NCBI GenBank assembly: GCA_965649765.1
Contig: OZ287751.1
Location: 83,390,001-83,454,000 of the forward strand
Length of the DNA stretch: 64,000 nucleotides
From: Bispira polyomma
Taxonomy: Eukaryota
Direction: 5' to 3'
Under the pieces are notes generated by a model. That model was not told where the DNA came from. It did no database searches and worked only from the letters and a program-made list of their open reading frames with translations. This document shows positions 52,041-63,792 of the stretch, piece by piece. Positions within the stretch are counted from its first letter, which is position 1. Each line of letters begins with the position of its first letter. Position numbers and translations under genes: made by a program.

Positions 52041-53679
52041 GGGGAAAATAAAATTTTAGATTGAGGCAAATTTTAATTATATATATGTGCTCATACAGGC
52101 TGATTTGTCTTATCCCAATACTTACAGTGTAGGCACTTTAAAGTGTCAGATATACAGAGGATTAGATCAGATGCTGGTAGAAACTACAAATTCTTTCGGT
52201 AAGTGAATGAAAAAAATCAACACATCTGCCCGATTTTTGTATCTTGAATTTGGAGAATTAAGGCCACAAAGCAATAATTTGATTTTGTACCGCTGAAATT
52301 GAAAGACAGTAACATATTTTCAGCAGCGGCGTGGAAGCATTATTTGGTCACTGTCTGACAATAAACTTATCCGATCGGCCTATATAAAAAATAGTCATCA
52401 TCGGTAAATTAATTAGTCCTTGTGTAAATAGGTTGAACACTTTAGTCTAGGTGTATGTATATACACGGAACAATTCTGTTTATCAGAACCGTTTATCAAA
52501 TAAGCCAGCTCTGTGGGCGACAATAGAGAAATTCACTAAAATTGTTTTAAACTAGGTTAAAATTCATACCACAAAACACTAGAAACAACAAATACCAGTT
52601 TTTTACACAAGTATACATAAAGTATTAGGCTTTGTGGCTGTCAATTGAACTTCTCTAACCAAATTATATTTCTTCAGAGGAAATGGAACAAGCAAAATAT
52701 GTATGTACATATTAAAAAGCTTAATAATTAAAATTATGTAATTAAACAAAACTACATTTTTCTTGCAGGTCACCAAAATGTTATCCCTGCTTTGATTTAG
52801 TTATTCTATTACATACTAGACTGTCGCTTTAATTTGATGCTAAACACATCAATATTACATATATGTCATCTGCATACACAAATCAATATTAAGTTAAATC
52901 AAGTTTTTCCGAGGACTCTCTTAAGAAACATGTCACAAATAAGCCTTTTTATTGCTTGCTAAATTGCAATGCCATCTGACACAAAGAAATTTTAACACCA
53001 AGAAAAAAATGATATATATGTACAGCAGTGGAGTATAATATAGCAGGGTTTTGAAGACTCAATAGACCTGACGACAACCATTAGGAACTGATTATGGATT
53101 TTTGCAAAAAACTGCAACATTGTTTTGCTTGGCAAAAGTCTTTATAACTAATAGTTACCATGCTATTTCAGTTTGTAGCACTAATCTTAAACCAAAGCGA
53201 ATTTGAAAAAAAATAATATAAAACATTTTCTAACATTTTAACAACAATTTAGTGATAATATATAAGCTGTTTTAAACACCATAGTTGTAACAATGTATAA
53301 CATAATATAATATCATTTCTATTTCCAACCCTTGCTTATGGCCAATGCTTTTTTCTGGCTTCTGTGACATTAAGCGATATGAGTATTGTCCCTGACAATA
53401 ACAAAATTCCAATCCGTGGAAGGTAACCTGAGCTACTTAAGCTGAAACAAAAGAACCAACTTATTTATTATACTCAGGAGGCACAGACAAATATGTGTTT
53501 ATTACCTGATCATTCAGTCCATTAAATGTGTAGAAGATGTGCAGCACTTTGTGTCAGTCGGAGGAAACCACCTTAAAACACCAAAACCCATCACCCTTTG
53601 AATCCCATAATGTAGTCTCTCAAATAGTGCTCTGTGGTACGAAATGCCACTATATAAACCAATGTTTTCTGCTTAGCTA

Positions 53680-54510
53680 TGTTATTCAAGTGTTGCTGGA
53701 GAGAGTGCTGCTTCGATGCGGAGTCTGCAATTCATGCTTATTTTGGCCTTTCAAGCCGTGTAGTTGAGAGACGTACACCATCATGCTTAGTGTATTTGTT
53801 GTCACTATCTTGTGAATTTTCAATAGTTTCATCAAATATTAGTACGTCACCTATACTGAATAAGCATAAACTGCCGAATCCCTTTTTATTGTGTTTACAG
53901 AGACTAGACTTTATTATAAAAAGGAATATTATAGATTGCCTTGTCAAAAATGGCAACCAAGACTGCGTATTGTAAGTGATGTAATGCTGTTTACACGAGA
54001 CCAGTTGGAAGACAATGCAAGTTCACCACCACATCTGTGCCCAGGGGAAGAATAGGAGCACGGAAGGCTGCGTGGGAGGTCACCAAGGATGTCAGGGAAC
54101 CGGAGCAGAGCAGGGCAGACAGCCCAGCACCAGGTGAAGTACCCATGGGAGATAAACTTAATATTAATCTTGACAAATTGCAACAGTCAGAACAGGATAT
54201 GTGTGAAGTTAAAAAGGAGCAAAGTGCAAAAAAGACAATGTCAGTTCAGGATATGCTATCTCATACATCTCTGTCGCGTCAAGAATATCAGTTACACAAT
54301 GATAAACTTTATGACTCTGAAACAACTCAAAGGAGACCAAAGCGTGGGTATCCTGATTCGAAGTATGCCGCTTGTTACAACGACCCAGATGATGTGATAC
54401 TGCCTAGTCAACGTTATCTGCAGTCTGATGACAGGATTCAAGCACAGGTGGATCGCCGGCTGTTGAAGAACAGATAACAATATGTCACCTCACCGGAAAA
54501 TGGTGAAAAA
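53680..54510 (+). mobile_element. gag: Outer YR retrotransposon, 5' part: UTR + gag N-terminus (ATG 53950)
   Basis: MATKTAYCK*CNAVYTRPVGRQC parallels the inner N-terminal zinc finger. VILPSQRYLQSDDRIQAQVDRRL parallels the inner MLPRLSD.RNSVALQRQVDDRV. The 5' boundary is approximate. Confidence 0.75.
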
Positions 54511-54516
54511 ATTGGG

Positions 54517-54750
54517 TGCAGTGTTTCGGCATTGCACTTGTCAATCCTCCACAACCACAAAATTCTGAGGGTACCAGTCTATTTGACAGGTAACTTATGT
54601 TGTGTAAACAAGTAAACATTCTCTCTGTTACTAAGTCAAAACCCCCTAACTGGCTTCTCATTGGTTAGAGAATGAGTCAATGCTATTTCCCAGAAAATAC
54701 TGGTTAGTTTAAAATCAGTCACTGACAGAGTGACATGATATTACAAATTT
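54517..54750 (+). repeat. Direct repeat A1 of the inner YR retrotransposon (probable promoter)
   Basis: Matches 60029-60262 with 5 substitutions in 234 bp. Contains a reverse CCAAT (ATTGG) and an AP-1-like TGAGTCA. Confidence 0.95.
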
Positions 54751-55066
54751 TACACTTTATTTGTTTGGTTTTATTTATTTACAACAATTTTAGTTTGTTT
54801 ATGAGGATTTACAAGGACTGTTTTAGTTTTTTAATTGTGAACATTGCATTGAAGGGATTCTACAGACGTGTCTCAGCAGCTCTTTCTTGACAACATCACG
54901 CTTGATTTAGCCTATTTGGCCAGAGAAAAAGGGACGTAACAACCCATTTATTTATTTAGTAAATCTAATTATTTATAAATCAAGCCGTGAAAAGGTCACG
55001 ACAGAGCACTGTGGGCGTGTATTATGTTTTGATTTCAGTGACTAAATTGACTATTGAAATACGGAA

Positions 55067-56201
55067 ATGCCGAAAAAATCTCAGTGTAATAAATGTGGTG
55101 AGAAGCACTACCCTGCCACGGGAAAAAAGTGCACAATGGATGTCAAAGTCGGGACTGATTTTATTGTGCGGGAAGGTAATACACCAACTCTGTCCCAAAA
55201 AGTGGTGGACACTCCTGTCAAGAGGCAGAGGGGACGCCGAGCTCAAGGGCAGATAGCAGACCAGGTAGAGGACAGCATACAGCTTCAGATACTGCAACAA
55301 CTTCAAAAGGTGAATTCGAGGCTTGATGCAGTGGAGGAACAAGTAGCCGAGTCCAGTTCCAGGAGCCAGAGATCAGCACCTCGGCCGACAGGACACAAGT
55401 TAAGTAGAACAGTTTCCAGTAGAGTGTCTCAGAGTCATTATAGTAATGATAAAAGTAAAAGCCCAGTACAGTCAGATAACGAATCATCAGATGAGGAGCA
55501 CATGTTGCCTAGGTTATCGGATCCTTAGAAATTCAGTTGCATTACAGCGTCAAGTTGATGACAGAGTCAGGGAGCTGGAACAAAGTAATCAGACAGGTAC
55601 TGAGCATATAGGGAAAATTAAGTCAAAAAGGGGGGGGGGCCCATTGAAGTTTTGGTAAAACATAAGGTGGCTTGGCCCCAGGAGGTCATACTGGGTGATA
55701 CAGCAAGAGTTAGGTTATCTGATGATCAATTGTCTATGTCCCAGTGGACGCAGGGTTTTTGTAAAAACATTATTGATGAACCTGATCAGGTTATAAGAGA
55801 GAAAACGCTTTTCTATATGTCAGATTTGATGGAACACATCACTGATTTCAGTTGGTCCGGGGCTAAAGCTGTGCACGCAGTGCTACTCTGCAAAATGGAG
55901 CGGGGTACCCTTACTTGGCATGACACTAACCGTATTGACAGAATTAGAAGGGCTCATGCCCAAAAACACACAAGCAGTGCTAATGGTGCTAAGCATTGGG
56001 TAAAAAATAATGATGGTCACAAAAAACCGTGGTTCTGTAAGTTTTTTTCAAAATGGCACATGTCAGCACACAAAGGACCATGAAGTCAATAGCAAAATCC
56101 ACAAACATATTTGTTCACATTGTATACAGCAAGGTCGTTTATTAGGGCATGCTGAGAAAGACTGTGTATTCACTAAGAAAACACAGCCAAAAAATGAGTA
56201 G
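55067..56201 (+). pseudogene. gag: gag-like ORF1 of the inner element (about 3 frameshifts)
   Basis: N-terminal CxxCx3Hx7C (MPKKSQCNKCGEKHYPATGKKC), a coiled coil, a WPQE...DFSWSGAKAVHAVLL...ERGTLTW core and a C-terminal Cys/His cluster. Spread over ORFs 55067, 55446, 55652 and 56010. Confidence 0.85.
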
Positions 56202-56244
56202 AGGGCTGTCCCCCAAGGTTTAAACAGGAGGGCAGCTGTGGTAA

Positions 56245-58558
56245 ATGAGTGGTGGTGTAAAATGCAATGTACATGATTTTAAAGTAAGTAAAACGCTAGT
56301 GGGTTTAAATAAACAGAATAGTGTAAATGAAAAAGTGGTAAAGCACAGGCCAGTATATAGGGCTCCCAGATATGTTTACAGTTCAGCAATGAGAAAAGCT
56401 GATATAGACAGCTTGTTTGCTCGTCCATTAAGCGAGTCAGTTCGCATGTATAAAGCACTGGTCGGTAATGTCGCAGGCAGATCATATGCTAGTCTGGTCA
56501 AAACCGGCCGTAAATACATGTCGAATAACAAGCGAGTAGCAAATAGATATTTGCCTAATACCAAACGTACTATTTCTAGTGAGGATGAACAAAACGTGAA
56601 ACATTGTGACAACAAAGTGTCAGTTTGTGATGACAAACAAAAACTCAAGACATTGACGTAGACAGTTCGAATTTTGCACAAAAAATAGTGGGGAGTGGAT
56701 ATTCTCCAGAAACAAAATTATTGTTTGACATCAATAATGTGACAGAAGATAAATTTATCAACTCTATTATTTTTAACAATGCAAAAGATCTAACAAAGGA
56801 AGTGCTGTCAGAATGTAACAGCTTTAAGCTGTGGCGGGCACAGTCGGAGTTCAATTTCTGCTTCATTCCACTTACTGATCCAATGTCATCAGAAAATAAA
56901 ACTCATGTCAATGATACTATTGATTGTCCTATTGCATGTCATAATGAGGTCAAAAAATGGGGTAGACTAAATTTCTTGGGGGCTCGCATTCCTGTCAAAT
57001 CACAGTTGAATATTACAAATTGGAAAGAAATGTTAAAAGACTATTGGGATCAGCAGTTAATCAAATTGCTTGAATTTGGATTCCCTTTAGGTTTCAATAG
57101 AAACTGCAAGCTCAGTAGTGACGTTGATAATCACAAATCAGCTACACACTACTACTACCGAATGATGTGGACGTGTACATTGCTGAAGACAAAGCACATG
57201 GTGCAATCATTGGTCCTTTCAAGGAAAATCCCATAACAAATTGCCATCATTCATCATTTATGACTCATCCCAAACCCAATTCGGAAAATAGGCGAGTCAT
57301 AATTGACCTTAGTTGGCCAAAAGGCGAGTCGGTAAATGCAGGGGTCGACAAAAATGGTTACATGGGTACTGATTTCAAACTCAGCTTTCCTACTATTGAT
57401 AATTTGACAGATAAGCTCACAAAATTGGGAAAAGGTGCCAATATATATAAGCTAGACATGAGTAGGGCCTTTAGGCATGTGAAAATCGGTACCCTGGGGA
57501 TTACGATTTGCTTGGCTTACGTTGGCATGGATCATATATTGACACATGTTTACCATTTGGGAGTCGCCATGGCAGCCAGTTTCTTCAAAAAATCAGTGAC
57601 ACTGTGCGTCACATCATGCGTCAACGCGGCTACACTGTTGTGAATTATATCGACGATTTTTTGGGGTACGGTACTCCCACGGTCGCGCATGAATCATTCA
57701 CGTGTTTGCATGGAAAAATTAGGTTTAACCATCAGTGAAAAGAAAACAGTTACGCCCAGTACACAAGCAGTGTGCCTGGGTATTCTGATAGACACGGTTC
57801 AAGGCACAGTATCAATACCAGAGGACAAATTGCAACAAATTCAAAAAACTGTCAAACAATGGTAAAGTAAAGTATATTGTACAAAAAAGCAACTGCAGTC
57901 GTTACTGGGACAGTTGCTTTACGTGCATAAATGCGTTAAAACAGCAAGGTGTTTTTTTAATAGAATGCTACAGTTGCTTCAAGATGTGGTTAATCCCAGT
58001 AAAATAATCCTGACACAGGATTTTAAAAGAGACCTGAGGTGGTTTGATCGGTTTCTCCCGTTGTATAATGGAGTATCCATATACGGTCACAAAATCATAG
58101 ATCATACGTTAGAACTTGATGCTTGTCTTATTGGGTTGGGAGGGAGATGGAGAAATCTTGTATATCACCTTCCCATACCAAAGTTTTTCAGAAATTTGGG
58201 CATTGTCCAATTGGAAATGGTGAACATTTTGGTAGCATTAAGATTGTATCGAAGTTACTGGCACAGTAAAAAGGTGTTTGTTAAATGTGATAATGAAGCA
58301 GTGGTGAAAGTGCTAAATTCAGGTAGAGCTAAAGACCCTTTCTTGTCGGCGTGTGCTAGAAACATATGGTTTTCAGCTGCATTGGCAGATATAGAGTTAC
58401 AGTACGTGCATGTCTTAGGCAAGAATAACAGAGTAGCTGATTTGTTGTCTAGATGGACCCAGTCCAGTAGTGATGTTCATGAATTACACTCATTGGTGGA
58501 AAATCCATTATGGTTACAGGTTAACATGGAATTGACAGAAATTGATAGTGAATTGTAG
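56245..58558 (+). pseudogene. pol: pol (reverse transcriptase + RNase H) of the inner element, disrupted
   Basis: LEFGFPL, RRVIIDLSWP, KLDMSRAFRH, LPFGSRHGS and YIDDF (RT). LDAC, LEMVN, CDN and HVLGKNNRVADLLSR (DIRS-type RNase H). Several stops and frameshifts. Confidence 0.92.
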
Positions 58559-58607
58559 ATATTTAGGTGACGTAATTATGTAACACAGATACGCTTTGTA
58601 CTTGCAG

Positions 58608-59574
58608 AGACAACAGCACTGACTCAATTGCAGAAGCAAGCCAGTCACAGATTACATACAGCCTTCAGGCCAAAGACCAGAAAGTGTTATGTTATGTTAT
58701 TCAGGACATTCTTTGCTTTTGGTATAGGTGTAAATTTGGCTTTGGAGGCCTTAGATGTAAATAATGTGCTTTCATTCTTAGAATATCTAGTAGAAAACAA
58801 AGTTTCAGTATACATGGTTGCTAATTATGTTGCAGCCATCAAAGCTATGTGCATTGTGCATGATCTGCGATTCAGTGGTTTGGACCACCCAAAAATTAAA
58901 TACTTTATAAAATCCTTAAAAGTAAATAGAGTTCATAAAATTGTAAAACGCAACGTCATGGATGTGGACACGTTGAAATTACTTGTGTTGCAGTGTAATT
59001 CACATACATTCAAAGTCATTTTTCTCACTGGTTTTTTCGGCTTTTTGAGGTTATCCAATATAGCTCCACATGCAATAGCAGAATTTGATCCATCACGTCA
59101 TTTTACAGGAGGCGACGTCTTCTTTGATGGAAGCTCAGTTAGATTGCTCATTAAGTGGTCTAAAACATTACAAACCAGGGATAAGATACGAGTATTAACT
59201 TTGCCAAGATTAGGCTCAGCTGTCGTCTGCCCTTATGCGGCTTTAAAGAGATTATTCAAACTCTACAATCCTGGAAAATCAGATCCATTATTTCAGTGTA
59301 GCACAAAAAAGGGTTGGCAGGTTGTGACTGACGCTAGGGTCAGAAAAACTTTGTCTGGCTTGAACACAAAATTGGGTTTCACAAGAACTATTTTATATTT
59401 CATGCATTTCGGCGTTCAGGTGCCACGTTAGCATATAATGAGCATGTACCAATTCAACAAATTAAACAACATGGCACCTGGACGTCCGACTGTGTCTGGA
59501 GATACATACAGTCTGATCCTAATGGGGGCACACAGGTGGCCTCTGCTTTCCAACGCATGCTACATAATGCTTAA
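58608..59574 (+). pseudogene. Tyrosine recombinase of the inner element (one frameshift near 59390)
   Basis: Catalytic motifs GFLRLSN (R) and WSKT (K), then in the shifted frame HAFRRSG (HxxR), HGTW and VWRY (Y). Stop TAA at 59572-59574. Confidence 0.92.
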
Positions 59575-60028
59575 TGTATTCCCTACTGCTGGGTTTGAGG
59601 CTCTTTTATAAAGTAACTATCTGTAAACCAAAAGTGGAATAGTGTCTTATCTCAAGTTTAGGTCACCTCAAGTTTAGTTTACCAAATCTGGTTTAAAGTT
59701 AACCTCTAAGTTAACCGTAACTTAAGGTTAACACTTAAACTTAAAGTTAATCTTAACTAAAACTTAACTTTAACTTAATTTGTTTATACTTAAACTTAAA
59801 GTTAAAACTTTTGTATTTACTTAACTTAATTTAAAGTGACCTTAACTTAATCTGTGATAAAGTGTTAATTGTGATGTTATTGTGCAAACATGTCAAGAGA
59901 TGTAAACACATAGTAGTTAGAGTGCATTTATACAAATATTACATTTTATATATACAATTTTATATAATAAAATTATATACCCTCAGTGAGTCATTATTCG
60001 GACATGAGTTGTGATGGGGACTGTCAGT

Positions 60029-60262
60029 TGCAGTGTTTCGGTATTGCACTTGTCAGTCCTCCACAACCACAAAATTCTGAGGGTACCAGTCTAATTGACA
60101 GGTAACTTATGTTGTGTAAACAAGTAAACATTCTCTCTGTTACTAAGTCAAAACCCCCTAACTGGCTTCTCATTGGTTAGAGAATGAGTCAATGCTATTT
60201 CCCAGAAAATACTGGTCAGTTTAAAATCAGTCACTGAGAGAGTGACATGATATTACAAATTT
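60029..60262 (+). repeat. Direct repeat A2 of the inner YR retrotransposon
   Basis: Second copy of 54517-54750, followed by a unique ~190-bp terminal segment starting CCCACCCACCC. Confidence 0.95.
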
Positions 60263-60449
60263 CCCACCCACCCTGTTCCCAGGAATAGGTCAGTGCTTGA
60301 TAAGATGTTAAAAGGCTTAACCTACAACAATTGAGAGGTATGTTCACCATCTTATGCTTATAATAGACATTTATATCATTTATCGTATGGGCTCGATAAG
60401 GTTAGTGCGCGTCATGGAGTGCTTCTAATTGTAAATTTTGTTATAAATA

Positions 60450-63400
60450 GAAAAAGGTAAAGCAAGATGGAGTAACCTAAATCAAATACACGACCTAAGG
60501 GCTCGCCTCACCCAACATACTCTGAAAGACACAAATAGTAATAGTAGTGCTAGTCAAAATCAAAAGAGTAAAGGTTCTGTCCTTATGTGCAGTGCATATA
60601 ATAAAGGCACATGCAGTCAGCCAGATGATCATGTGTTTGGCAGTATGATTTTAAAACATGCCTGCTCAAGGTGTTATGCCAAAGGGAAAAAGATCCAAGT
60701 GCATGGAGAAATTAACTGCTCAAAAAGCAGCAATAATCAAAAGGAATTCCCCAAAACTATCAAAAACTGACAGTCAGTAAGCTCTATGGTATCTTGGAAC
60801 GGGTCTTATCAAGCAGATTCAGCAGAAAGGCTTAAACTTGAGAAATTATTGGATAGCACTAGGGCCCATAAGGACAGAAATATTAAAAATGTTAAATTTG
60901 TAGCCACCTGGCTCTATACACCAACAGTGCATAAGGGCGGCAGGTGTGTAAATAATGTATATAAAAATGTCAAGAGCCGAGAGGCTCAGGGGTGTAGAAT
61001 TAGTAGAAAAAACATAGAGTGTAGCAGTGTTGGGGATTCCCCCCCCTCCCCCCCCTTAGAAAGGCGGGAAGATTAAGGTAGAAGGTAAGGCGGGTTACCC
61101 GCCAAGAAGTGGTGATAAACAAGCATTGTATATTCAAAATACTAAGTTGGGTAAACAAGTTGGCAGAAAAATTTGTTTGCTGAATTTACTTTAAAATCAT
61201 AACAATAAAAGTGGCAACCAAGTTGACAGTTTAGTTGTTTACCTCAAACACTAGAGGTTGAGTCTTGTGTCAGTAATCCCAGTGTTAAGGCCATTTCCCC
61301 CCTCGAATACAAAGGGGTGTAAGGTTGGTTAACAAACTTAATGAGAATGACAAAGCGATGGGGAATTCCCCCCCCCCCCTGTTCAAACACTAAAAAATGA
61401 GGCTGAACCCCAATTGACGTCTTTGAGTGTTCCCACTTAAGCTCTGTTAAGGGAGTCGGTAACAATAAGGACTCAGCTCTGGGTGCAGTTGAATGTCAGC
61501 TTGTTAGTAAGACTTTATTCACAGATGTCAAGTGCGGTGTTAAATCAAGTAACAACTTTGGTTTTCAGTGCAACTTTAGGAATGTGACCAATGTACCAGC
61601 TCATATAAATTTCATTGATTTTGACACGTTGGAACAATGAGCCCTCAAAGCACACAAGGAAGTTTGGAAATGCGGTTGCCCTAATTACTGAGGGGCTAGA
61701 GCCCCTGTCCCCTCAGAACTCAACATAGAAGCCTGGTGTCAGGTTTTAAAAGGGATCAAAACACTTCATTACCTGAGTACTTGGAATTTGGGTTCCCTCT
61801 AGACATTGATGGGGAGGGTTTTAAATTTAACCAGGAAATCAAAAATCATGACAGTGCTATAAAATTTCTCGAAAGTGTTGACCAGTATTTTATTATAGAG
61901 CGCCTACATATGGCTATAGCGGGTTCCTTTCAGTTACAACCATATGAGCTGCTACATTGTTCCCCTGTCATGACTAGACCTAAAGACGATAATAGTAGAT
62001 GATTGATAGTGGACCTTTCTTGGCCACACGACGTAACTTCGGTTGATAGTGTCATCACGGATGGCCTGTATGATGGTCAGGAGTTTGAGTTAACTCTCCC
62101 AACCATAGACATGCTTGTCAGTCGAGTAAATGAAATTGGCCCCACTGCTAAGTTGTATAAGTTGGACCTCTCACTGGCGTTCAGAAATTTGCATATTGAC
62201 CCTTCAGATTATAAGTACACAGGCCTAAAATGGTGGGAAAATACCTATATTGACATGGCAGTAAAGTTGGGGTACAAGCACGGTACGGCGGTCTGTGAAC
62301 GCGTCACCGACCGCATCCGTCGGATAATGGCAAGTAAGGGCTACCGCATATGAAATTACATCGACGATCTGGTTGCCGTAGAAACGGACGCAAACACAAG
62401 AAAATCATTTGATAGTCTTTATGGCTTAATTGAGTACCTTGGCCTCCCTATAAACCCAAAGAAAATTTTCACCCCTGCAGAGGAAGTGGTTTGCATGGGT
62501 ATTTTAGTCAATGCCAGAAAAGGCACCTTGAAAATACCAAGAGACAAGTTAAAGCAAATTAAGGCATTATGCCTGCAATGGCGCTCAAAACTCACATGCA
62601 CTAGGAAATAACTACAATCCATTTTAGGCAAACTATTATATGTACACAGGTGTGTGACACCTGCCCGACTCTTCCTGAATAGGATCTTAAGGTTACTCAG
62701 GGAAACATACCCTAGCAAAAGTATTAAGCTCACCAGGGAGTTTGTACCTGACCTGCACTGGTGTAATGAGTTCCTAGATGAGTTTAATGGGGTCGTGAAA
62801 ATGCACCTTAAGGAAGAACCAGTACTTGACTTGTATGTAGATGGTTCTTTAGTGGAGATAGGGGCTATGTGGGCTGGATATGTCTATGCTGCTGCATTAC
62901 CCGACCAAAACCCAAGAACATTTAACACAGTCCACTTTGAAATGTGGAATATCCTAGTTGCATTGCATGTATGGAAACAGTGTTTCAAAAAAACCACTGT
63001 CAAGATATGGTGTGATAATGGGGCGGTAGTGGCGGGCCTTAACTCGAGTAGATTTCATGATACAGGCCTTGGCTTTATTGCTCGATCCATTTGGCTAGAA
63101 AGTGCAAAAAGTAACATTAAACCCCCCTTCAATTCAAAATTACTTATCAGCAGTTAAGTACTACTTCCATCTGTGGAATTATCCAGTAGATGTCTTTGTG
63201 CATGCGCAAATAAAATTGTTCTTCAAATCACTCTCATTATTCACCCCTTATGTCCCCAGGCTTAAGGGTATTATATCAATTCCTATTCTGACATCCATCC
63301 TGCACCAGGCTTCTGCTTATCCCCATGCATATATGTACAAAGCTTTATTTCCTACAGCATTTTTTGGATTTTTTAGGCTCTCTAATTTAGTTCTCACTTC

Positions 63401-63792
63401 CAGTAGCAGTTTCAATCCCCAGAGACACTGACAAGTGAAGATTTCAATTGGGGCCCCCCAGGTTCCATATAGTCCTGCGATGGGCAAAAAATTTACAAAA
63501 ATATAACCAATATCATGTGGTGCAGTTGCCTGCTTTAGGATCATCAGACTTGTGCCCAGTGCGGGCTTTGAAAAGAATGTTTAAGATAAATAAAAACACA
63601 AAACACACTCCAGTATTTATGTACAATAGTAATGGGCAACTATTGCCCCTCACAACATATAAGGTGTGGTGAGTATAAGGAGAAATAGTTATATCCCTTG
63701 GTTTAAATCCCCAGTCCTTCAGGTTCCATTCTTTCAGGCGGTCTGGAGTCATCCTGACTTTTGACAATAATGTAGAGTTGCAATCAATAATG
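60450..63792 (+). mobile_element. Outer YR retrotransposon, 3' part: gag C-terminus, RT, partial RNase H, partial YR; 3' truncated
   Basis: EKGKARWSNLNQIHDLR...CSAYNKGTC...HACSRC...H...C (gag, stop 60770). LEFGFPL, IVDLSWP, KLDLSLAFR, YIDDL (~62357), VDGS and CDN (pol). GFFRLSN, WAKN and FHSFRRSG (YR). Homology is lost after ~63792, before the catalytic Tyr. Confidence 0.9.

Larger units (their letters stand above)
54505..60455 (+). mobile_element. Near full-length tyrosine-recombinase retrotransposon (Ngaro/DIRS group), inner element
   Basis: Order gag - RT/RNase H - YR with no methyltransferase seen. 234-bp direct repeats. GAAAAA at both junctions (54505-54510, 60450-60455). Interrupts the gag of a related element. 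Confidence 0.92.

Noticed and set aside
54517-60262. Conventional LTR retrotransposon
   Set aside because: No DDE integrase, protease, PBS or PPT; it encodes a tyrosine recombinase and extends past the right repeat.
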